Below are positions 24,852 to 32,600 of a stretch of 46,561 nucleotides of DNA, piece after piece; the first letter of the stretch is position 1, and every line of letters begins with the position of its first letter. A program made the translations under genes and the position numbers. Source of the DNA: Kiritimatiellia bacterium (GTDB lineage: Bacteria > Verrucomicrobiota > Kiritimatiellia > RFP12 > UBA3636); contig JAFTHC010000132.1 of the NCBI GenBank assembly GCA_017457625.1, positions 1 to 46,561 of the forward strand, written 5' to 3'. The notes beneath the pieces were generated by a model. It was given only the letters and a program-made list of their open reading frames with translations. It had not been told where the DNA came from and ran no database searches.

Positions 24852-24888
24852 CGGCGCGGTCGCGGAAGCGGCCGCGCCGATTTTTTTT
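24852..24888 (+). terminator. intrinsic terminator
   Basis: CGGCGCGG (24852-24859), 12-nt loop, CCGCGCCG (24872-24879), A, then T8 (24881-24888). Confidence 0.7.
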
Positions 24889-24894
24889 CCGCGG

Positions 24895-24928
24895 CGGTGT
24901 GAAAACGCATGGAGAGAGTCCGCTTTCC
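24895..24928 (+). promoter_or_regulatory. bipartite motif CGGTGTGAA-N15-TCCGCTTTCC, copy 2
   Basis: See 20844-20876. It lies 21 nt upstream of the ATG at 24950. Confidence 0.4.
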
Positions 24929-24949
24929 GGAGTGAAAGGGATTCAATCC

Positions 24950-25573
24950 ATGCAAAACTCCGAAAAGAAATCCGCCGCGCTCCGCGGCACCTCCACGAAA
25001 GAATCCGCCCGCGAGGCGGACATCCTCCGGCTCGTTGCCGACAACCAGGGCCTCGTCCGCGCCGAGGCCGCCCGCGTCCTCGCGACGTGGGCTCCCGAAA
25101 ACGATGATGACGCCCGGGAGGAATGGTTCCGGGAACTGGTCCAGGCCGGCCAGCCGGGCCTCCGCCGCGCCGCGGAGAAATTCGACCCCGCCCGCGGGAC
25201 GGCGTTCTCCACGTATGCCGTGCCGTGGATTTTCAAGTTCGTCCACGAGGCCGCGGAGGAGCTCCGCGAGACCTACTGCCACGTCTCTTGCGACGCGGCG
25301 GCGGACGGCGCCGGCTCCGCGGAACTCGTCCCGGACGAGGACGCCGACGACCCCGCCGAGACCGTCGCGCGGGCGTCGGACTGCGCATGGGTCCGCGGGT
25401 GCCTCGCGGAACTCCCGGCCCGCGAGCGCCGCGTGCTCGAGCGCCGTTTCGGCATCGGGTCGCGTCCCGAGTCGACGTTTGCCGAAATCGCCGCGTCGGA
25501 GGGCGTCTCCGTCCAGTGCATCCACCGCGTCTACCAGCGCGCCCTGGCGCGGATGCGCCGGTCCGCCGCCTAG
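24950..25573 (+). CDS. sigma-70 family RNA polymerase sigma factor (small, group 3/4-like)
   Basis: Region 2 GLRRAAEKFDPARGTAFSTYAVPWIFKFV and region 4 ERRVLERRFGIG...TFAEIAASEGVSVQCIHRVYQRALARMR. The start was set at MQNSEKK after GAAAGGG. Confidence 0.8.
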   Translation: MQNSEKKSAALRGTSTKESAREADILRLVADNQGLVRAEAARVLATWAPENDDDAREEWFRELVQAGQPGLRRAAEKFDPARGTAFSTYAVPWIFKFVHEAAEELRETYCHVSCDAAADGAGSAELVPDEDADDPAETVARASDCAWVRGCLAELPARERRVLERRFGIGSRPESTFAEIAASEGVSVQCIHRVYQRALARMRRSAA

Positions 25574-25577
25574 CGCC

Positions 25578-25635
25578 CCGCGGCTCCGCGGGCGTCCGGC
25601 ACCCGCGGAGCCGCGGAACCGCGCGAGATTTTTTT
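25578..25635 (+). terminator. long GC hairpin plus T-tract (probable terminator)
   Basis: 15-bp stem CCGCGGCTCCGCGGG (25578-25592) pairs with CCCGCGGAGCCGCGG (25602-25616). T7 at 25629-25635. Confidence 0.55.
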
Positions 25636-25643
25636 CGGTGGTG

Positions 25644-25672
25644 GTGAATTCGCCGCCTTTGCCCGGTAGAAT
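25644..25672 (+). promoter_or_regulatory. sigma70-type promoter for the AAA+ operon (leader ~108 nt)
   Basis: GTGAAT (25644-25649), 17 bp, TAGAAT (25667-25672). Confidence 0.55.
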
Positions 25673-25690
25673 GGCCCCGCGCCCCGTCCC

Positions 25691-25765
25691 GACCGCCAGA
25701 CCGATCGACCATCCGACCGCCCGACCGATAGACCGATAGACCGATCGACCATCCGACCATCCGAC
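25691..25765 (+). repeat. 7-8-nt tandem array (CCGACCAT / CCGATAGA / CCGATCGA units) inside the 5' leader
   Basis: GACCGATCGACCATCCGACCGCCCGACCGATAGACCGATAGACCGATCGACCATCCGACCATCCGAC read directly. Related arrays lie at 31134-31160 and 35154-35192 (reverse complement). Confidence 0.8.
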
Positions 25766-25786
25766 TTCAAAATACAGACACACGCC

Positions 25787-28228
25787 ATGTACGACGCACT
25801 CAGAAAACTGACCGAAACCCCCTCGCACTACCTGCGCGAGAAGAAACTCGAATTCCTCCGCAACGCCGTCCGCTATCTCGACCGGGACATCCCGGACGAC
25901 GATTTCTTCCAGGACGTCGCCGACCACGTCGCCTCGAACGAGGAGGCCCGCCGCCTCTGCAGCGGGGCGTTCCTCGCCGACGGCATGGACGAACAGGGCC
26001 GCCCGAAAGCCGGCTCCCGTCCGCCCGCCCGGGAAGAACATCCTCCCCGCCGCCGCTTCCCGGTGCCGGACGAGGACATGGACCTCGACGCCATCTTCTG
26101 CGGCGAGGACGACGACGAGCTCGAGGAGGACGCGCCCCGCGGCGCCGACAAGCGCGACGCCGCCGCGAAGGAGGGCCCCTTCCGCCGCGGCCGGCCGATC
26201 GCGGCCGGTTTCCGCGACGTGTGGCGCTCCACCGACGGCCTGCGCGCGCTGCGCGGCTCCCTTGCGGACCATCTCGGCCGCCGGCTCGAAGCGATGCGCC
26301 TCGAACGTCCGCGCCGCGACCCCGTCAAGACCCGCGTGTCCGAACTCAAGAAGCTGCTGGGCCTCTCGGACGCCGAGACGGACCTGCTCGTGTTCCTGCA
26401 CCTGTTCTACTCGGACCGGTGCGACTGGTTCCGCGGCCTCGCCACGGAACCGTTCCCGAGCACCCGCATCAAGCCCGCGCTCCACAAGCTCTTCGCCATG
26501 GTGACGGGCTCGACCTCCACCGCCGTGGCCGACGCGCTTTCCGCGGACGGCCCGCTCGTGCGCTTCGGCGCCGTCTTCGAAGACGACTACGGCGTCGCCC
26601 GCTCCGTGACGCGCTACCTCACGGGCGTCGCGAAAGGCGACCTGCGCAGCTCGTTCTACGCGCCGCTCGAGGGCGAGACGCTCCCGTGGGAGTTCTTCCC
26701 GGAGGAGCTCCGCAAGCACGGCGACACCATCGCGGCGCTCGTCCGCGCCGACCGCGGCGGGCGCGGCCTCGACGTCCTGCTGCACGGCGCGGCGGGCGCG
26801 GGCAAGACCAGCTTCGCCCGGGCGCTCGCCGCGCGGCTCGGCATGCGCGCCGTCGGCATCGCCATGGACGGCGACGGCCCCGGCGCGACCGACCGCAAGG
26901 CGCGCCGCGACATCCGCGTGGGCGCCGGCGAGCAGACCGCGTTCCGCCTCGGCGCGCTCGCCGTGGCCGAGCGCGAATGCGACCCGGCGCGCGACGTCAT
27001 CGTCGTGGACGAGGCCGACATGCTGCTCGGCCGCGCCGGCGCGAACCGCCTCAACGACACGCTCGACCGCGGCCGCTGCGTCCGCATCTGGCTCGGCAAC
27101 CTCGACCCGGAGGCGGAGCTGCCCGAGTCCAACCTCCGCCGCTTCGACTACGCCGTCGGCTTCGAGCCGCTCGGTGCCCGCGAACGAGCCGCCATCTGGC
27201 GCAACTGCACCGGCAAGGCCGGCCTGGCGGACGTCTTCGCGGACGCCGACCTGGAGGACTTCGCGGAGCGCTTCCCGGTTTCCGCGGGCATCGTCGCCCG
27301 CGCGTGCGCCAACCTCGCCGCCACCGGCCTCGCCGCGCGCGAAGGGCGCGACGCGGCGAAGGCGTTCGCCGAACGGCTCCTCGAGAGCCACGCCAGGCTC
27401 CTCGGCGTCCGCTTCCGCGCCGCCGCCGAGCCCAAGCGCGTCTCCGCGGGCTACGTCCTGGACGGCCTCGACGTGAAGGGCGACGTGCCGCTGGCCGACG
27501 TCCTCGCCGCCGCCAGGGAGCACCTGCGCCGCCTCAAGGAAGGGGACGAAGGCGACGGCGCCGCGCTCCGCGACCCGCCGCGTCTCAACGTGCTCCTCTC
27601 CGGCCCCCCCGGCTGCGGCAAGACCGAGTTCGTGAAATGGCTCGGCGAGCAGCTCGGGCGCAAGGTCGTCGCCCTCGGCGCCAGCGACCTCAAGGACAAA
27701 TTCGTCGGCGAAACCGAGAAGCGCATCGCCCGCGCGTTCAAGGACGCCGAGCGCGACGGGGCCATTCTGTTCTTCGACGAAGTCGACTCGTTCCTGCGCT
27801 CCCGCGCGGGCGCGGCGCACTCCTGGGAGGTCTCGCAGACCAACGAACTGCTGGCGCGCCTCGAGGACTTCAAGGGGCTCTTCGTCGCGGCTACGAACTT
27901 TCCGTCTTCGCTCGACCCGGCCGTGCTGCGCCGCTTCACGTTCAAGCTCTCCTTCGGCTACCTCTCGGACGAGGGCAAGCGCGTCTTCTTCGAGCGCTAC
28001 TTCGGCGACCCGCTCACGGAGGCCGAAGCCGCGGAACTGCGCTCCATCCCGGACCTCTGCCCCGGCGACTTCCGCACCGTGCGCCAGCGCCTGGACTACC
28101 TGCCGGGCGGCCGCACCAACGCGCGCCGCCTCGCGGCGCTGCGCGAGGAGTCCGGGCGCAAGGCCGCCCTGCCGCCCGGCGAGAACTTCGAGCGCCCCGT
28201 CCGCGGGCGCCTCGGCTTCGGCGCGTAG
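25787..28228 (+). CDS. tandem AAA+ ATPase (classic AAA/CDC48-like second module)
   Basis: Module 1: LLHGAAGAGKTSFARAL and VIVVDEAD. Module 2: LLSGPPGCGKTEFV, ILFFDEVD and the second region of homology ATNFPSSLDPAVLRRF. Confidence 0.85.
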   Translation: MYDALRKLTETPSHYLREKKLEFLRNAVRYLDRDIPDDDFFQDVADHVASNEEARRLCSGAFLADGMDEQGRPKAGSRPPAREEHPPRRRFPVPDEDMDLDAIFCGEDDDELEEDAPRGADKRDAAAKEGPFRRGRPIAAGFRDVWRSTDGLRALRGSLADHLGRRLEAMRLERPRRDPVKTRVSELKKLLGLSDAETDLLVFLHLFYSDRCDWFRGLATEPFPSTRIKPALHKLFAMVTGSTSTAVADALSADGPLVRFGAVFEDDYGVARSVTRYLTGVAKGDLRSSFYAPLEGETLPWEFFPEELRKHGDTIAALVRADRGGRGLDVLLHGAAGAGKTSFARALAARLGMRAVGIAMDGDGPGATDRKARRDIRVGAGEQTAFRLGALAVAERECDPARDVIVVDEADMLLGRAGANRLNDTLDRGRCVRIWLGNLDPEAELPESNLRRFDYAVGFEPLGARERAAIWRNCTGKAGLADVFADADLEDFAERFPVSAGIVARACANLAATGLAAREGRDAAKAFAERLLESHARLLGVRFRAAAEPKRVSAGYVLDGLDVKGDVPLADVLAAAREHLRRLKEGDEGDGAALRDPPRLNVLLSGPPGCGKTEFVKWLGEQLGRKVVALGASDLKDKFVGETEKRIARAFKDAERDGAILFFDEVDSFLRSRAGAAHSWEVSQTNELLARLEDFKGLFVAATNFPSSLDPAVLRRFTFKLSFGYLSDEGKRVFFERYFGDPLTEAEAAELRSIPDLCPGDFRTVRQRLDYLPGGRTNARRLAALREESGRKAALPPGENFERPVRGRLGFGA

Positions 28229-28231
28229 GGG

Positions 28232-28260
28232 ATGAAACGAACGCCTCGCCCCGGTATACT
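28232..28260 (+). promoter_or_regulatory. sigma70-type promoter, leaderless configuration (GTG start)
   Basis: ATGAAA (28232-28237), 17 bp, TATACT (28255-28260). The GTG at 28267 lies 6 nt downstream. Confidence 0.5.
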
Positions 28261-28266
28261 TGCATC

Positions 28267-29526
28267 GTGACCGTCCTTCCCTTCCAGCCCGAACGCTTCC
28301 TCTACGCCGCGGCCGGCGACGTGCACGGCGACCTGCCGGCACTCGTCGCCGCGGTGGATGCCGTGCGCGCGACGGCCGCGGAGAGCGGGCGCGAGGCGCG
28401 CGTGTTCGTCCTCGGCGACGCGATCGACCGCGGCCCGGACTCCGCCGGCTGCGCCGCGTTCCTGATGCGGCTCGCCCGCGGGGAAGATCCGGCGCGGCGG
28501 GACGCGCGACTCGTCTTCGTGTGCGGCGACCACGACATCGCCCTCTCGTGGAACCCCGCCACGCGGACGTTTTCGTCGGTGGTCGATCCCGGCGACTGGG
28601 CGGAGGAGCTCAATGTGCTCCCGGAGGACCATCCCGACCGCGCCGTCGCGCGGACGTGGATCGAGTTCGTCCGCGAAGCGCCCGCCGCGGTTCTGCTCCG
28701 CGGGGAGACGGAGGCCGTGCTGCTCGCGCACGGAGCCGTTCCGCACGCGGATCTGCTGCCGCGCCTGAAGACCCTCGACGACCTCGGCTCGCCCGAATGC
28801 GACCGCGACTTCGCCTGGTGCCGCCTCGCCGCCGCGCCGCGCAAGATCCCCAACCGCGCCTCGCTCTTCTGCGACGTCGGGCTCGACGACCTCGCGGACT
28901 TCCTCGACCGGCTCGCGGAGCTCGCCGCCGGCGAGGCTACGGGAGAGGGCTCCGCCCTCCCCGAACCCCACCCGCCGCTGTTTCCGGAAGCACCGCAAGG
29001 GCCGCACGGCGCGGCTGCGCCCGCAGAGCCCCGCATTCGCTTCGCCCCGCATCGTGGGGAGGGGTTCGGGGAGGGGCGCAGCCCCTCGCCCGTCCGGTTG
29101 TTCGTCCACGGCCACGAGCACGCGGAGGCGGGGTGCGAGGCCGTGCCCGTGCGCGGCGGGCGCACCGCGTGGACCGTGACCACGTTCCGCGGGAGGGGCG
29201 TGTTCGGGGCGATCCGGCCGGCGGTGCTGCTTCTCGATCACGCAGAGACCGCAGAGATTGAATCTCACGCAGAGAGCGCAGAGGGCGCAGAGAGTGTTTC
29301 TCACGCAGAGATCGCAGAGGGCGCAGAGATTGAATCTCACGCAGAGATCGCAGAGGGCGCAGAGATTGAATCTCACGCAGAGAGCGCAGAGATCGCAGAG
29401 AGTGGATCCCTCGCCGGTTCCCGAGCAGCGGAGCCGCGAGACCCGGCCGATGCAGGATCGGCGCCCGCGCGGACGCGCGGCGCGGCGATCCTTGCGAAGC
29501 CGCTCTTCCTGGAGGACCTGGCGTGA
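28267..29526 (+). CDS. calcineurin-like metallophosphoesterase / PPP-type protein phosphatase with acidic HAE(S/I)AEGAE repeat tail
   Basis: GDVHGD, GDAIDRGPDS, CGDHD, AHGAVPH and VHGHEH fit the metallophosphatase motif series. It is the in-frame tail of ORF 26221..29526. Confidence 0.7.
   Translation: MTVLPFQPERFLYAAAGDVHGDLPALVAAVDAVRATAAESGREARVFVLGDAIDRGPDSAGCAAFLMRLARGEDPARRDARLVFVCGDHDIALSWNPATRTFSSVVDPGDWAEELNVLPEDHPDRAVARTWIEFVREAPAAVLLRGETEAVLLAHGAVPHADLLPRLKTLDDLGSPECDRDFAWCRLAAAPRKIPNRASLFCDVGLDDLADFLDRLAELAAGEATGEGSALPEPHPPLFPEAPQGPHGAAAPAEPRIRFAPHRGEGFGEGRSPSPVRLFVHGHEHAEAGCEAVPVRGGRTAWTVTTFRGRGVFGAIRPAVLLLDHAETAEIESHAESAEGAESVSHAEIAEGAEIESHAEIAEGAEIESHAESAEIAESGSLAGSRAAEPRDPADAGSAPARTRGAAILAKPLFLEDLA
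29239..29402 (+). repeat. in-frame tandem repeat (36-nt units made of NNCGCAGAG 9-mers; perfect duplicate 29302-29337 / 29338-29373)
   Basis: CACGCAGAGATCGCAGAGGGCGCAGAGATTGAATCT occurs twice, flanked by degenerate copies. It belongs to the same 9-mer family as 1-140 (reverse complement) and 5603-5620. Confidence 0.85.
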
Positions 29527-30209
29527 GCGCCTCGCGCACCTACGTGGCGGAGTGCGAGCTCTGCCGCACGAAGTTCGAGACCGACCCGGGCGAATGCCCG
29601 GTGTGCGGGGGCGCGTCGATGCGCGCGATCCGCGAAGCGGTCGCCGCAGCGGAGGACATCCCCGTACCGACGGGGCGGACGAAGCCGCCGCGGGCGTTGC
29701 GGCGGAAGACTCCCCCAGCCTCGCTTCGCTCGGCAGCCCCCTCAGGGAGGGGGCCGGCTTCGCCGAAGGCGCCTGCGGCGCCGTTCGCGGGTTTCAGGCC
29801 GGCCTCGCCGCCGCGCGGGCCGGACGGGCGTTTCCTGCCGCGCAAGAAGGTGGGTACGTTGCCCCGCGGACGCGGCGCGCCGGTCGTTCCTCGTCCCGCG
29901 TCCCACCCCGCGCGGGGCCTGTCGCCGGCGGCGAAGGCGGCCGAGGCGCTGCGGCGCGCCGCGGGCGGCGGCGCCTATCGCATCGGCTCGCGCGGCGGAA
30001 CGACGACCATCCACATCGACGTGCGCGACGCGGCGGCGCGGCTCCGCGAGGCGCGCCGGGCGGCCGCCGACAGCGGCCGGGAATACCGGCGGGCGCGCGC
30101 CGCGCTGCGCGAAGCCCGTGCCGCGCTCTCCGCCACGCGCAACCGCGGCAACGCCGTCGAACGCGCCCTCCGCCGCATCGCCGCCTGGCTCGAAGACCTG
30201 TTCGTCTGA
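29523..30209 (+). CDS. zinc-ribbon protein with disordered Pro/Arg-rich centre and C-terminal coiled-coil-like segment
   Basis: CELCRTKFETDPGECPVCGG (CxxC-x10-CxxC). The GTG start overlaps the upstream stop codon (GTGA, 29523-29526). Confidence 0.5.
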   Translation: MSASRTYVAECELCRTKFETDPGECPVCGGASMRAIREAVAAAEDIPVPTGRTKPPRALRRKTPPASLRSAAPSGRGPASPKAPAAPFAGFRPASPPRGPDGRFLPRKKVGTLPRGRGAPVVPRPASHPARGLSPAAKAAEALRRAAGGGAYRIGSRGGTTTIHIDVRDAAARLREARRAAADSGREYRRARAALREARAALSATRNRGNAVERALRRIAAWLEDLFV

Positions 30210-30283
30210 TCCGAAGACGACGAGACGACGCGAATGACGTGCGACCGTCCGACCATTTGAACAAACAACCCAAGGAACCCCAG

Positions 30284-31018
30284 ATGGACAACGAAACCAA
30301 ACCCAAGACGAAGGGTGTCGCCGACATTCTCTTCCTGCTGGACGCCACCGGCTCCATGCAGTCCAACATCGACGCCGTGAAGGACAACATCGGCGCCTTC
30401 CTCGACTCGCTCGCGACGCCCGTCGGCTTCAACGCCGCCGCGCCGCTCAAGGACTGGCGGGCCGCCGTCTACGCCTACCGCGACGCGGGGTGCGACGGCG
30501 ACGCGTGGTTCGTCCCGAACCCGTTCACGCGCGACCCGGCGCAGCTGCGCGCGCAGCTCGACCGCATCGTCGCGGACGGTGGCGGCGACGAGCCCGAGTC
30601 GCTCCTCGACGCGCTGCACGCCGTCGCGAACCTCCCCGCCGCGCCGAAGGGCGCGCAGGACGAGGACCCGCACGCGTGGCGCTACCGCTCCGAGGCGGCG
30701 CGCGTGGTCGTCGTGTTCACCGACGCCTCCTTCCACCCGACCTTCGCCGGCGACCCGTCGATGGGCCTGGCGGACGTCGCCAACGCCATCACCGAGGCGC
30801 GCATCCGCCTCTCGGTCTTCGCGCCGGCGATGGAGTGCTACGACGACCTCTCGCAGATCGACAAGTGCGAATACACGCCCGTCGCCGTCGAGCCCGGCGA
30901 GACGCCCGTCGCGGCGCTCGCGCGCTTCACCGGCGACCGCGCGCACTTCCGAAAGACGCTCGAGATGCTCGCCAAGTCCGTCTCGGCCTCCGCCGCCGCG
31001 GACGCTTTGGAAGTTTGA
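30284..31018 (+). CDS. TerY-like von Willebrand factor A domain protein
   Basis: ILFLLDATGSM (MIDAS DxSxS), GGGDEPES and VVVVFTDAS. AAGGAA lies before the ATG at 30284. It is the in-frame tail of ORF 29258..31018. Confidence 0.75.
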   Translation: MDNETKPKTKGVADILFLLDATGSMQSNIDAVKDNIGAFLDSLATPVGFNAAAPLKDWRAAVYAYRDAGCDGDAWFVPNPFTRDPAQLRAQLDRIVADGGGDEPESLLDALHAVANLPAAPKGAQDEDPHAWRYRSEAARVVVVFTDASFHPTFAGDPSMGLADVANAITEARIRLSVFAPAMECYDDLSQIDKCEYTPVAVEPGETPVAALARFTGDRAHFRKTLEMLAKSVSASAAADALEV

Positions 31019-31133
31019 AGCCGTCCCCGCGACCGGCGCGCTGCGCCGGACGCGGGGCGGCTTCGGCGCTTCGTCGGCGGGCGCGCGGTGCGCGCCCGCG
31101 TCGAAGCCGGACAATCGCAATCCACTCGCGTGA

Positions 31134-31160
31134 TCGTCCGACCATTCGACCATTCGACCA
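31134..31160 (+). repeat. 8-nt tandem array CGACCATT x3
   Basis: CGTCCGACCATTCGACCATTCGACCAT read directly. Confidence 0.75.
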
Positions 31161-31257
31161 TAAGACTGGTCGGCGAAGCCGACCCACCCAACCTTTTACA
31201 TCGATTTTGCGCGCGGGGCGGCGGCCCCGGCCGCCGCTCCGCGCGCTCAAAACCGCC

Positions 31258-32592
31258 ATGCCAATCGTTCCCTCTTCCGGCGACCGCGTCGCCAGCCCCC
31301 GCCATCGCTACACGCTGCTGAAGCTCCTCAACAAGGGCGCGTGCGCCAACGCGTTCTCCGTCACCGACGAAAACGGCGAGAAGGTCTTCCTGAAGGCCTA
31401 CACCTCGCCCACGACCCTGAAGCCGTGGTATGACGACTACCTGCGCTACGAGATCGAGCTGAACCGCCGCCTCGGCGCCGAGCCCGTCCTCGCGCAGCAG
31501 TCCGTGCGCGCGACGGACGTCTTCAGCGCGACGTTCGAGCACGAGGGGCGGCCGACGCGCAACCCGAACGTCTTCCAGGTCTTCCCGTTCGTGTCCGGGA
31601 ACCGGAACCTCGGCGACCTCATCGACGCCGGCGACGGCGGCCGCGCGCTGAGCGGCCCCGAGCGGCTCATGGTCGCGACGATCTTCCTCGCGGCGCTCGC
31701 GCGCCTGCACGAAGCGAAAATCGTCCACGCCGACCTCAAGCCCGAGAACGTGCAGATGGTGCGCCTCGGCTCCGGGAAGGAACTGCTGTTCCGCCCGCTG
31801 CTCGTCGACCTGGACTTCTCCGTCCTCGCCGACCGGCGCGCGCCGTGGCACGGCGACCCCTCCGTGGGCTACGTCGGGACGCCGGGATGGTTCTCGCCGG
31901 AGCACCTGCGCGGCGACGTGCCGACGACGGCGTCCGACGCCTTCACTGCCTCGCTCATCCTGTGGAAGCTCCTCGCCGGCGCGCATCCGTTCGCGTCCGC
32001 GCTCGGCGACGACGCCGAGCCAGGCGACTACCGCGAACGCGTCCTCGCGGGGCGGCACGACTTCGGACCCGACGCGCCTCGGCTTCTCCCCGGCGTCGCC
32101 GCGCCCGACCTCGCGCGCCTGCTCCTCCGCGCCCTCTCGCCCGACCCCGCGCGCCGTCCCTCCGTCGCCGAACTCCACGCCGCGGCGGTCGCGGCGCGGC
32201 GCGGCGGCGGCGGCGCCGCCGCGGGCGCGCCGTCCGCGGAACCGAAGGCGACTCCGCCCCTCGTATCTCGTATCTCGTCTCGCGTCACGTCCCTTTCCCG
32301 CCTGGTCCTCACGGGCCCGAACGGCGTCTTCTCGACCGGCGGGCGGTTCGCGGTGACGCGCGCGACGCTGCGCCGCGTCGTGGGCGACGACGCGCGCTAC
32401 GCGGGCGACGCGCCGCAGTTTCTGTTGGAGCGCGGCGACGGGGACGCATGGCTGGCGCTGCCGCCGCCAACCGCGCCGCGCAACCCGACCTACCGAAACG
32501 GCGCGCCGCTCGCGTCGCCGGCGGTTCTCGCCTCCGGCGACGTGCTCTCCATCGGCCCCGTCAAGGCCGCCTGCACCGTCTCGTTCGCGTAG
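31258..32592 (+). CDS. Ser/Thr kinase (non-RD: HAD loop, DFS in place of DFG) fused to a C-terminal FHA-like domain
   Basis: KIVHADLKPENVQM, LVDLDFS and GTPGWFSPEH. The C-terminus NPTYRNGAPL...LASGDVLSIG resembles the FHA core. It is the in-frame tail of ORF 30490..32592. Confidence 0.75.
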   Translation: MPIVPSSGDRVASPRHRYTLLKLLNKGACANAFSVTDENGEKVFLKAYTSPTTLKPWYDDYLRYEIELNRRLGAEPVLAQQSVRATDVFSATFEHEGRPTRNPNVFQVFPFVSGNRNLGDLIDAGDGGRALSGPERLMVATIFLAALARLHEAKIVHADLKPENVQMVRLGSGKELLFRPLLVDLDFSVLADRRAPWHGDPSVGYVGTPGWFSPEHLRGDVPTTASDAFTASLILWKLLAGAHPFASALGDDAEPGDYRERVLAGRHDFGPDAPRLLPGVAAPDLARLLLRALSPDPARRPSVAELHAAAVAARRGGGGAAAGAPSAEPKATPPLVSRISSRVTSLSRLVLTGPNGVFSTGGRFAVTRATLRRVVGDDARYAGDAPQFLLERGDGDAWLALPPPTAPRNPTYRNGAPLASPAVLASGDVLSIGPVKAACTVSFA

Positions 32593-32600
32593 CCGGGGCG

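Noticed and set aside
25671-25739. Small ORF MAPRPVPTARPIDHPTARPIDR starting within the -10 region.
   Set aside because: Its ATG overlaps the TAGAAT hexamer and so lies upstream of the expected TSS. The peptide is simply a translation of the 7-8-nt tandem array.
24587-28342. 1251-aa minus-strand ORF antisense to the sigma and AAA+ genes. Similar giants: 30838..35304 (-), 35280..40295 (-), 41710..45387 (-), 12363..14600 (-), 2896..5229 (-) and 16062..17699 (-).
   Set aside because: Their translations are dominated by Arg/Gly/Ala/Pro/Glu runs with no recognisable motifs. They lie exactly opposite ORFs with clear family signatures. These are typical shadow ORFs of high-GC DNA.
29239-29402. Possible CRISPR array or other spacer-repeat structure.
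   Set aside because: The units are contiguous 36-nt repeats made of 9-mers, with no unique spacers. They are in frame within a coding region. No cas genes are present in the window.
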